IMG/VR virus record: IMGVR_UViG_3300011102_000097 | Coordinates: 1 to 43,966 of that record | DNA length: 43,966 bases | Strand: one strand, 5' to 3' | Source of the DNA: a virus | Shown: positions 1 to 6,334 of the stretch, one piece after another | How the letters are laid out: each line of letters starts with the position of its first letter | Numbering within the stretch: position 1 is the first letter of the stretch | The notes under the pieces: generated by a model | What the model was told of the DNA's origin: nothing | Databases searched by the model: none | The model's input: the letters and a program-made list of their open reading frames with translations, nothing else | Program-made: the position numbers and the translations under genes

Positions 1-123
1 AGCTCAACCCAGCGCGTCGGGATCACCTGGAAGGGGTCGTCCTCTATACCGGCCTGGAAGTCGCCCAGCAGCATCTGGCTGCGCAGGGGCTCGGGCAGCG
101 CCTGCAACTGCGCCATGTAGCCG
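1..123. repeat. Terminal direct repeat, left copy (identical to 43844..43966)
   Basis: Base-by-base comparison shows 1-123 equals 43844-43966. The repeat lies inside the terminase large-subunit frame, so it is a circular or terminal-redundancy overlap rather than a mobile-element repeat. Confidence 0.95.
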
Positions 124-947
124 GTCGAGACCAGGAACGGGTTGTCGGTCACACGCGAGGGTATGAACGTGCGCGACTCAGGGCGCACGATGTCCTCGGG
201 CCTGTGCTCTCGCGGGTCGAAGTCGTAGCAGCGCTCGCCGCCCACGAGCACGAACGGGCGCGGGTCATCATCGAGCACCCAGACGTCCTCGCCCGTGACT
301 GGGTCGACGTAGACGTAGCGCAGCTGGCCGGGTGCTGACGGGTAGAGCGCGTGCTTCTTGTCGAGCCACGGGCCGAAGAAGTCGATCACCCAGCGCCCCT
401 CGGCCGTGGTCGGCGGGTTGAACGTCAACAACGTGCGCGTGCGCTGGCCGGGCCTGGTGGTCCGCACCCAGCCCTTGACGAAGCGCACCTGCTGCTCGAG
501 GAAGTTCGCCGCCTCGTCGATCACCAGCAAGTCCTTGGGTCGGCCCTGGTACTTGGTCTCGTCGCCCAGGTTCGGCATGGAGTTGAACTCGATCTGCCGG
601 TCGTCGTCGCCGCGATACACGGGCGGGTTGCCGGTGATCTGCTCCCGGCTGCCCAGGATCTCGGCCAGGCGGTCGATGATGCCCTTGAGCTGCGGGCCCT
701 CGCGGCGGAACACCTGCGTGCGGTGGTGCTGCGTGAGGGCCAGCCCGAGCGCCAGGTCGGTCTTGCCGCCACCCGCGGCGCCGCCGAAGCCGATCACGTC
801 GGCCTCGGACTCGTAGGCCATGGTCTGCGGACCTGGCAACGGGCGCCAGCGGCGCTCGGCCAGGTCCGCCGCGATCAGCGCGTCGAGCTCCTCGCGCTCG
901 GCCGGGGTCAGGTAGCGCTCGAGGTCGCGGACCTGCTGCGGTGTCAT
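1..947 (-). CDS. terL: Terminase large subunit, N-terminal ATPase part (runs off the left edge, continues at 43966..43180; 536 aa when joined through the repeat)
   Basis: My translation from ATG 947 reads MTPQQVRDLERYLTPAEREELDALIAADLAERRWRPLPGPQTMAYESEADVIGFGGAAGGGKTDLALG... Walker A is GFGGAAGGGKT (about 759-791) and Walker B is LLVIDEA (about 511-531). It is missing from the ORF track because it has no stop inside the window edge. The frame is continuous with ORF 43180..43959. Confidence 0.9.
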   Translation of the reverse strand, partial: MTPQQVRDLERYLTPAEREELDALIAADLAERRWRPLPGPQTMAYESEADVIGFGGAAGGGKTDLALGLALTQHHRTQVFRREGPQLKGIIDRLAEILGSREQITGNPPVYRGDDDRQIEFNSMPNLGDETKYQGRPKDLLVIDEAANFLEQQVRFVKGWVRTTRPGQRTRTLLTFNPPTTAEGRWVIDFFGPWLDKKHALYPSAPGQLRYVYVDPVTGEDVWVLDDDPRPFVLVGGERCYDFDPREHRPEDIVRPESRTFIPSRVTDNPFLVSTGYMAQLQALPEPLRSQMLLGDFQAGIEDDPFQVIPTRWVE

Positions 948-1030
948 TTGCGGAAGACGTCGGCCACCCAGGCGCCAAGCAGCACGGCCACCACGATCAC
1001 GGGCAGGATCTCGAGGGCGAGCAGGATCAT
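944..1030 (-). CDS. 28-aa single-TM peptide between terS and terL
   Basis: ATG 1030 overlaps the terS stop (ATGA) and its TGA overlaps the terL ATG (ATGA). Translation is MILLALEILPVIVVAVLLGAWVADVFRK. It is below the ORF-track size cutoff. Confidence 0.4.
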   Translation of the reverse strand: MILLALEILPVIVVAVLLGAWVADVFRK

Positions 1031-1596
1031 GCGAGGTCTCCGAAGTCGTCCTGCTCGGCCTGCTCGGCCTGCTCGGCCTTGCGCCGCTGGGCGATCGCGA
1101 GCAGCTGCGCCACGCGGGCCGCCTTGGTCGTCTCATCGGCATGGGCCACAGGGCCACCATCGGCGCCCGTGAGCTCTGTGCGGTCGGCGTAGACCTTCTT
1201 GCGCCGACCTTTGAGGATCAACGCCAGCAGTGCGTCGCTGTGCTTGCGCACCGTGAGGGGCACGGGCTGGCCGTTGGCGTCCAGCACGGGGCGGTAGTGC
1301 TCCTTGCCATCGTCGTCGACGTAGCGCTCGTACAGGTAGCTCAGGCGCCCCTGGTGCACGACGGGCTCCTCGTAGCCAACCACAGCCCGCCTGAAGGCCT
1401 CCTGCTCGGCCCGGTCGACGCCCTCCTCCATGGCCTCGTCCCAGGCCTTGGCGAACTCCTCGTCGGCTTCCCGGGCGCGCCAGGCGGTGACGCGGTTCAC
1501 GCCCGCCGCTTTGCAGGCGTGGCTGATCACGGGCACTTCGGCCAGTGCCAGGAGAAACAGCGCCTTCCAGTCGTAGGGCTTTTGGTGGTAGGTCAT
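1027..1596 (-). CDS. terS: Terminase small subunit (position-based call)
   Basis: 189-aa ORF immediately upstream of terL. It has an N-terminal HTH-like segment (VISHACKAAGVNRVTAWRAR) and a charged C-terminus with (AEQ)x3. Confidence 0.75.
   Translation of the reverse strand: MTYHQKPYDWKALFLLALAEVPVISHACKAAGVNRVTAWRAREADEEFAKAWDEAMEEGVDRAEQEAFRRAVVGYEEPVVHQGRLSYLYERYVDDDGKEHYRPVLDANGQPVPLTVRKHSDALLALILKGRRKKVYADRTELTGADGGPVAHADETTKAARVAQLLAIAQRRKAEQAEQAEQDDFGDLA
1051..1077. repeat. Perfect 9-bp tandem repeat (ctgctcggc)x3 in the terS 3' end
   Basis: Read directly from the sequence. It encodes AEQAEQAEQ on the minus strand. Confidence 0.9.
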
Positions 1597-1602
1597 GCCC
1601 GG

Positions 1603-1634
1603 AATCTAGCTCGCTGCTGCAATCACACGGACAC
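1603..1634 (-). promoter_or_regulatory. Candidate late promoter PL-a: GTGTCCGTGTGA-N14-TAGATT
   Basis: The minus-sense sequence is GTGTCCGTGTGA TTGCAGCAGCGAGC TAGATT CCGGGC ATG(terS). It is one of five copies with identical 14-nt spacing. Only 6 nt separate the hexamer from the ATG and there is no SD, so the mRNA would be near-leaderless. Confidence 0.55.
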
Positions 1635-1871
1635 GCGCGCCACGCGGGCGACGGCCTGGCCACGGCGCCGGCCAGTCGCGATGTGTGCAATGCACGACTT
1701 GCTCACGTCGAACTTGGCCGCCACCTCGGCGTAGCTCAGGCCAGCGTCCAGCAGGGCCAGGGCCTGCTCGACTTCATGGTCCAGGAGCTTGGCCCGCGGA
1801 TGGCCCTCGCCGATGCGCCGGCCGTTCTCGTTGAACGCGATGGACTTCTGCATGTCCAGTCCTATCTGCAA
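1623..1871 (-). CDS. Small HTH DNA-binding protein (candidate late regulator)
   Basis: 82-aa ORF with helix-turn-helix GLSYAEVAAKFDVSKSCIAHIATGRR. The second ATG at 1853 has the better SD (AGGA), so the start may be 1853. It sits at the head of the late arm after an AT-rich gap. Confidence 0.7.
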   Translation of the reverse strand: MQIGLDMQKSIAFNENGRRIGEGHPRAKLLDHEVEQALALLDAGLSYAEVAAKFDVSKSCIAHIATGRRRGQAVARVARVSV

Positions 1872-2028
1872 AATTTGCGTGTTCGTTGTCTTGCGCTGTG
1901 CCTCCGCCGCGGAGGTGTCGGGTAAGTCGGCTTTTTACCCCCCGTTTTCCCTATTACTCTCTTAGAGTTTGATTTCTATAGAGCCGATAGTAGAAAAAGG
2001 GTGTTTTTACCAGACAAACCCGACACTT

Positions 2029-4584
2029 TCAGTCTTCGAGAAGCCGCAGTCCCTTGAACACAACCGCGTCGCGCCGCTTGCCGCCGCCGCACGGCAGCTT
2101 CTTGGTGACTTTCTGCACGCTGATGACTGCACGTTCGACTTCCTGCGAGAACCGAATCTTGCTCAGCGCGTGGAACCCCGCCTCCCCACACCACGTCCTG
2201 TAGGCGTCGTACAGGCCCCCGAACCCGCCAGCCAGCGGCACCTCGAACTCGTCGCCGATCTCGCAGCACTCGCTGATGAACTGCCCCACGCGGTCCTGTT
2301 CGGCCTGGTAGTCCTTCGACGCGGCCAGGACGGCGTCAGGCGGTTGCAGGCCGTCCTGGAACCACGCGCGGGCGCCCTCGACGACCCAGGTCAGCACGCC
2401 CTGCAGCTCCGCCTTCAACCGCTCGGCGATGCGGGTGTCCTTCACGAAGTGCGCGCGGCCGGCGTTGACCTCCTCGGCGCTGCCAAACCTCGCCAAATAG
2501 GGCACCAGCAGGACGCGGCGCCAGATGCCGTTGTCTTGACCCTTGACGATCGGCTTGTGGTTGGTCAGCAGTTGGAGCTTGTGGGTCGGCTCGAACTCGA
2601 AGAAGTCGGCGCGCATGAACCGGGCCTTGATCTTGTCGGAGCCCGTCAGCTGCTTGACGGTGTCTTCCTTCAGGTGGCCGCCCTCCCCCGTCTCGTGCGC
2701 GGTGACCATGCGCCGGCCAAACAGGTCCGCTATCTCTGTGGGGTGCCGATCATTGCCGCTGCCCACCAGCAAGCCAGGCGCGGCCGTGGCGGCGTAGTCC
2801 CCCAGTACATCGGCGACGGTGTCCAGGATCGTGCTCTTGCCGTTGCTGCCCTGCCCGTAGTGCACGACGAACGCCTGCTCGCGCGTGCTACCTGTGGCGC
2901 AGTACCCGAACCACCGCTGCAAGAACTGCGCCAGCGGTCGCGTCGTCAGGCCCTCCTCGAGCGTCACCCGTGCCACCACTGTCTCCCATGTCTGCGACCG
3001 CACCGCCGGGTCGTAGGCCACCGGCACCAGCTTGGTGATGAAGTCCGAGGGGTCGTGGGGTTTGAGCTCGCCCGTGCGCAAGTCCACCGTGCCGTTGGTG
3101 CAGTTGAGCAGCCACTGGTTGCGGTCGATCTGGTCCTCGTCGACGGCAAGCATCTTCTTGGCCAAGCCAACGGCCGCGTCGATGGTGCTCTTCATTTCCG
3201 ACTTCTTGGCCCACTTCTTGAGCGCATCGGCCACGCCCATGTTGAGTTTCGCCTCATCCTCGTTGTTGGTCGGCTTTGCGAGCCACGCATCGGCCTCGGC
3301 GTGAATGATCTTGGACAGCTTGCAGGCGCAGCGGTACACCTCGCCTTCGTCCTTCTCCCAGCGCATGCCGGTCCATGCGTACCACTGGCCGGCGACCACA
3401 ATCAGTCGTTTGCCGAACTTGTCGACGATGCGCCGGGCGTTGGCCTGGTCTGTGGTCAGGTGCTGCGCCTCGGGGACGCCCCTGCCCTTGCGCGAGCCCT
3501 TCGGCGCGGCGCCCGTTACCGGCCCCTCGGTGCCCGTTCCCTTGACGTTATCGGCACTGACGTCCTCGAAGTCGTTGATCACCTCGTCCACGCCCAGGCG
3601 GGCCAGGAACATGCCGCGCGTTCGGTCGGCGCACGACGCGTGCAGGCACTTGAAGTGCCCAACCGCAAAGCCCCCCGTGTTGGGTGGGAAGTAGACCGTC
3701 GAGCTCTCGCCAGACTCGGTGGTGTGCTCGGCCGAGAACGGGCAGACGATGTTCAGTCCGCCATCGCTGCGCTGCGACTTCACCAGGCCCTGGTCGTAAA
3801 GCGCCTGGGCGATCGGGTCTTCGGCCACAACCTCGCGCAGACGCGCGCCACGCCCGCCGCTGCCGCCCGAGGCCTGCGCCAGCAGCGCCTCGTCGATCTC
3901 GAGCACCACCTCGTCGCCAAACAGCCCCGGCACCAGCCCCGAACGCTCGGCAAACGGGTCGACCTGCCCCGGCTCGAACACCGGCAAAGAGGTGTAGTGC
4001 ACCTGCACCGGGTTGAACAGCGCCAGGTCGGCCTTCAAGCCCGTGGCCTTGGCCCAGGCCCTGAGCTGCGCCGAGGTCAACGGCTTCGCCAGCCAGAACC
4101 ACAGGTGAGCGCGCAGCTCCGAGCCCTTGCTGGGGTGCCCTGCGCTGTTGGAGAGCTGCCAGTGGTAGCCAGCCGCACGGAACGGCTCGGGCAGCATTGT
4201 GAACACGAACTCGTCGATCGCGCTGCGCGGGTCTTCCATCGCGTCAGAGCACAGCGGCTCGAACCCGTCGACGTCGATCAGCACGGTGTGCAAGGGCTGG
4301 TCGTCGAAATAGTCCAGAGACCGCCGCACCTTGCCAGGCTGGAACCCAACCGGATCGCGTTCGCGCGCAAGAGCATCACCCACGTACTTGCCGCGGATGA
4401 TGCACGCCTTGGGCTGCTCCTGCAGCTCGGTGAGCAGCCGCGACAGCTCGGTCAGGCCGTTGACCTGGCGCTCCTCCAGCGTGAAGTACTTCGCCTCGCC
4501 GTAGGGGGTGATCGTGCCGTCAGACTTCCAGGTCTTGGCCATGAGCGCCACGGGGTGGCGCAGGACGCTGATGGTGTCGCTCAT
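2029..4584 (-). CDS. DNA primase-helicase (P4/D5-type, VirE-like)
   Basis: 851 aa. Zinc-binding CPFSAEHTTESGESSTVYFP...HFKCLHASC is followed by Walker A VVHYGQGSNGKSTILD. I moved the start from track position 4638 to ATG 4584 (MSDTISV), which overlaps the upstream stop as ATGA. Confidence 0.9.
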   Translation of the reverse strand: MSDTISVLRHPVALMAKTWKSDGTITPYGEAKYFTLEERQVNGLTELSRLLTELQEQPKACIIRGKYVGDALARERDPVGFQPGKVRRSLDYFDDQPLHTVLIDVDGFEPLCSDAMEDPRSAIDEFVFTMLPEPFRAAGYHWQLSNSAGHPSKGSELRAHLWFWLAKPLTSAQLRAWAKATGLKADLALFNPVQVHYTSLPVFEPGQVDPFAERSGLVPGLFGDEVVLEIDEALLAQASGGSGGRGARLREVVAEDPIAQALYDQGLVKSQRSDGGLNIVCPFSAEHTTESGESSTVYFPPNTGGFAVGHFKCLHASCADRTRGMFLARLGVDEVINDFEDVSADNVKGTGTEGPVTGAAPKGSRKGRGVPEAQHLTTDQANARRIVDKFGKRLIVVAGQWYAWTGMRWEKDEGEVYRCACKLSKIIHAEADAWLAKPTNNEDEAKLNMGVADALKKWAKKSEMKSTIDAAVGLAKKMLAVDEDQIDRNQWLLNCTNGTVDLRTGELKPHDPSDFITKLVPVAYDPAVRSQTWETVVARVTLEEGLTTRPLAQFLQRWFGYCATGSTREQAFVVHYGQGSNGKSTILDTVADVLGDYAATAAPGLLVGSGNDRHPTEIADLFGRRMVTAHETGEGGHLKEDTVKQLTGSDKIKARFMRADFFEFEPTHKLQLLTNHKPIVKGQDNGIWRRVLLVPYLARFGSAEEVNAGRAHFVKDTRIAERLKAELQGVLTWVVEGARAWFQDGLQPPDAVLAASKDYQAEQDRVGQFISECCEIGDEFEVPLAGGFGGLYDAYRTWCGEAGFHALSKIRFSQEVERAVISVQKVTKKLPCGGGKRRDAVVFKGLRLLED

Positions 4585-4901
4585 TTGGCCCCCCGTTCGG
4601 CGCGGGCCTGCTTCTCGGCCAGCGCAGCCAGCTTGCATGCCAGATCGCCGGCCGCGCTAGAGGCCCGCGCAGCGATCGCCTTCCAGAAAGTAGACTCGAC
4701 GCTGGCAAGCTCAGCACGAGCGGCCACGTAGTGGTCCTTCCTGATGGGGATAGAGTCTGCGATCAGCACTGGCAAGACCTGGGTGGCGCACGCCCCGCAG
4801 CAGTAAACGGTCTCGTGGGGTCCGTGCCACTCGCCACCAGAAAAGTCGCTGGAATGTCCCTTGCCGCAAAAGCTGCAACGGTCAGACGAGAAGGATTTCA
4901 T
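4581..4901 (-). CDS. ClpX-type C4 zinc-ribbon protein, 106 aa
   Basis: N-terminus RCSFCGKGHSS...VYCCGAC resembles the ClpX N-terminal zinc-binding domain motif (CSFCGK...C-x2-C). It is followed by an Ala-rich helix. The gene is translationally coupled to the primase (ATGA). Confidence 0.65.
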   Translation of the reverse strand: MKSFSSDRCSFCGKGHSSDFSGGEWHGPHETVYCCGACATQVLPVLIADSIPIRKDHYVAARAELASVESTFWKAIAARASSAAGDLACKLAALAEKQARAERGAK

Positions 4902-4909
4902 TTGGCGCT

Positions 4910-4994
4910 TTCAAAAAGGCCACTGGGTGGGGGCAGGACGGTTGAAAGCGCCAACCTCCCCCGCGTGTACGGGGTCCGTCCTGCCCCCACCCAG
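4910..4994 (-). terminator. Strong intrinsic terminator (19-bp perfect stem plus U tract) inside the leftward operon
   Basis: CTGGGTGGGGGCAGGACGG (4923-4941) pairs perfectly with CCGTCCTGCCCCCACCCAG (4976-4994). The 34-nt loop holds a second hairpin (CCCCG-N6-CGGGG). In minus sense the stem is followed by TGGCCTTTTTG. Confidence 0.7.
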
Positions 4995-5062
4995 GGGCAC
5001 ACGAACAAAAACGAGGCTGGCAGACCGAAGTGTAGCGCCGTCTGCCAAGACTGCAAGCGCCG

Positions 5063-5236
5063 TCAGACCCGGCGGCCGTACTTGCGCAGGAAGGCACTGG
5101 CGAACCGAACCTCGCCGCGCGCGCGGGCGAGCTCGGTGTATTCGCAGACCCACTCGGTGCGCTCGCGGCGCACCAGGCGCACGGCGTTGCCGCTGGGCAG
5201 GCGGACGTGCATGCCGGCGCGCAGGGTATCAATCAT
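5063..5236 (-). CDS. 57-aa early protein, unknown function
   Basis: My translation is MIDTLRAGMHVRLPSGNAVRLVRRERTEWVCEYTELARARGEVRFASAFLRKYGRRV. Codons are GC3-rich. The ATG overlaps the upstream stop by 8 nt (ATGATTGA). It is below the ORF-track cutoff. Confidence 0.55.
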   Translation of the reverse strand: MIDTLRAGMHVRLPSGNAVRLVRRERTEWVCEYTELARARGEVRFASAFLRKYGRRV

Positions 5237-5357
5237 CGGGGAGCCCTCCCTCGCTGTCGTCGGGCTGATCGTCCCGCGCGATGACCATCAGCGCTACAGT
5301 GAAGAAGCCGGCCAGGTAGCAGAACCAGCACAAGAGCAGCAGCTGCCACCAGCTCAC
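5229..5357 (-). CDS. 42-aa TM peptide
   Basis: The GTG start overlaps the stop of the Cro-like gene (GTGA). Translation is VSWWQLLLLCWFCYLAGFFTVALMVIARDDQPDDSEGGLPDD, a single TM helix plus an acidic tail. Confidence 0.4.
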   Translation of the reverse strand: MSWWQLLLLCWFCYLAGFFTVALMVIARDDQPDDSEGGLPDD

Positions 5358-5683
5358 AGGCCGAGCTCCAGTTGGCGCGCGTCGACGATCGGGAACTCAG
5401 ACACGACCGCCTGCTCGCCCAGACAGCGGTGCGCGAAGTCGCAGGACCGGCAGGCCTCGCACAGGTCGGTGCGGTAGACGATCGGCAGACGCCCTTTGCT
5501 GGCCCGAGCCATGAGGCGGGTCTCACGTTCGATGGCCTGGGCGCGCTCGGCCGAGGCGCTGCGGTGACCCGAGGCCAGCTGGTACAGCACCCCGCGGGAG
5601 GTGCCAATGCGTTGGGCGAGCAGCTCTTGTTCGTCAACGGTGGCCGCGGCCATCCATCTGCGCATGGGGGTGATGGTTTTCAT
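5354..5683 (-). CDS. Cro/YdaS-like HTH transcriptional regulator with Cys-rich C-terminus
   Basis: 109 aa. The HTH is ELLAQRIGTSRGVLYQLASGHRSAS and the C-terminal motif is CEACRSCDFAHRC. It is the first gene of the leftward arm. There is no SD, and the ATG lies 7 nt after a TGCTAAACT extended -10. Confidence 0.8.
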   Translation of the reverse strand: MKTITPMRRWMAAATVDEQELLAQRIGTSRGVLYQLASGHRSASAERAQAIERETRLMARASKGRLPIVYRTDLCEACRSCDFAHRCLGEQAVVSEFPIVDARQLELGL

Positions 5684-5690
5684 GGGCGGA

Positions 5691-5712
5691 AGTTTAGCAG
5701 AACGTACAGCTA
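5691..5712 (-). promoter_or_regulatory. Candidate leftward early promoter (extended -10 TGCTAAACT) with an 18-bp imperfect palindrome
   Basis: The minus-sense sequence TAGCTGTACGTTCTGCTAAACT-TCCGCCC-ATG implies a leaderless or near-leaderless transcript. TAGCAGAACGTACAGCTA (5695-5712) is symmetric at 14 of 18 positions. Confidence 0.5.
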
Positions 5713-5792
5713 TTGCAGCAAGTAGGTGGCCACCGCCCGTGGTGGCGCAGCAGAAAGCCCCTGCGCTCTAGTCGGGTTCTGCGTGTTCGTTT

Positions 5793-5808
5793 TAGCAAGT
5801 GCTACAAT
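5793..5808 (+). promoter_or_regulatory. Candidate early promoter PE1: palindrome TAGCAAGTGCTA overlapping extended -10 TGCTACAAT
   Basis: Read directly. It lies 37 nt upstream of ATG 5846. About 45 nt (GTTTTAGCA..TGCTA.AATTCGCTCAACGCAAC.ACGA) are shared with PE2. Confidence 0.6.
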
Positions 5809-5845
5809 TCGCTCAACGCAACGACGAAACCTGAAGGAGCAAGAC

Positions 5846-6097
5846 ATGCCCGGCTGCGTAATCCGTGATGCAGACTTTCGCCCCGTTAAGCGGTCCAGTT
5901 CCCTGCGCGGCATCCTCGACTACAGCCGCGACCATGCCGTGGAACGGGTGGAGCTGTACGAGTCCGCGCTACTGCTCGGCGTCACCTGGGCGAACGGTGC
6001 GTCGACCCTTGTCAGCTTCGCCGACGCAAAGGTGATGCGCCGGTGGGCCGAGGCGCGGAAATGCTTCAAAGGCGCGACGTTCAAGTACCACGACTAA
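5846..6097 (+). CDS. Early protein, 83 aa, unknown function
   Basis: In frame with track ORF 5726..6097. I moved the start to ATG 5846, which has SD GAAGGAG and lies downstream of PE1. The protein ends ...FKYHD and is followed by TAAAGGAG. Confidence 0.7.
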   Translation: MPGCVIRDADFRPVKRSSSLRGILDYSRDHAVERVELYESALLLGVTWANGASTLVSFADAKVMRRWAEARKCFKGATFKYHD

Positions 6098-6106
6098 AGG
6101 AGCAGC

Positions 6107-6334
6107 ATGGAAGCCAAACTCATCCTCAACATCGGCCTGAACCGCGCCAGCGGTGGTGCCATCCCCGCCGAGCAGGCCCGCCAGGCCCTGGCCGCCAACG
6201 AGTTCTTGATCGTGCGCGACGCAGTGCTTGAGTCCGACACCGAGCCCACGCTCGTGGCTGAGGTGACCAGCCTGAACGCAGACCCCTTCGTCATCCTGCA
6301 GCTGCTGTACTGCGTGGCCGAAGACCTCGACTAG
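6107..6334 (+). CDS. Early protein, 75 aa as annotated; the frame continues past TAG
   Basis: SD AAAGGAG precedes the start. The ORF stops at TAG 6332-6334, but the same frame stays open to TAA 6479-6481. Confidence 0.7.
   Translation: MEAKLILNIGLNRASGGAIPAEQARQALAANEFLIVRDAVLESDTEPTLVAEVTSLNADPFVILQLLYCVAEDLD

Noticed and set aside
268-978. 236-aa minus-strand ORF at the left end (and 351..1172 on plus)
   Set aside because: These are wrong frames of the terL region. The frame starting at ATG 947 carries Walker A/B motifs and joins ORF 43180..43959 through the terminal repeat.
1876-1887. 12-nt identity TGCGTGTTCGTT between 1876-1887 and 5780-5791 (just upstream of PE1)
   Set aside because: Dozens of chance 12-mer matches are expected in a 44-kb self-comparison. 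The 1876 copy has no TAGCA/TGCTA element or downstream plus-strand gene.
4585-4638. Upstream start (4638) for the primase and similar long N-terminal extensions in track ORFs (5726, 6666, 8465, 12985, 16596, 17434, 17759, 18613, 19490, 22634, 23059, 43387)
   Set aside because: The extensions are Arg/Pro/Gly-rich, overlap the preceding gene in another frame and lack an SD. Internal starts with ATGA/GTGA overlaps or good SDs fit the operon structure much better.
1969-4731. 920-aa plus-strand ORF covering the primase region
   Set aside because: It is antisense to a gene with clear primase-helicase motifs. Its composition is the Arg/Ala/Gly/Leu/Val/Pro-rich pattern typical of shadow ORFs in high-GC DNA. 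It has no SD and no recognisable motif.
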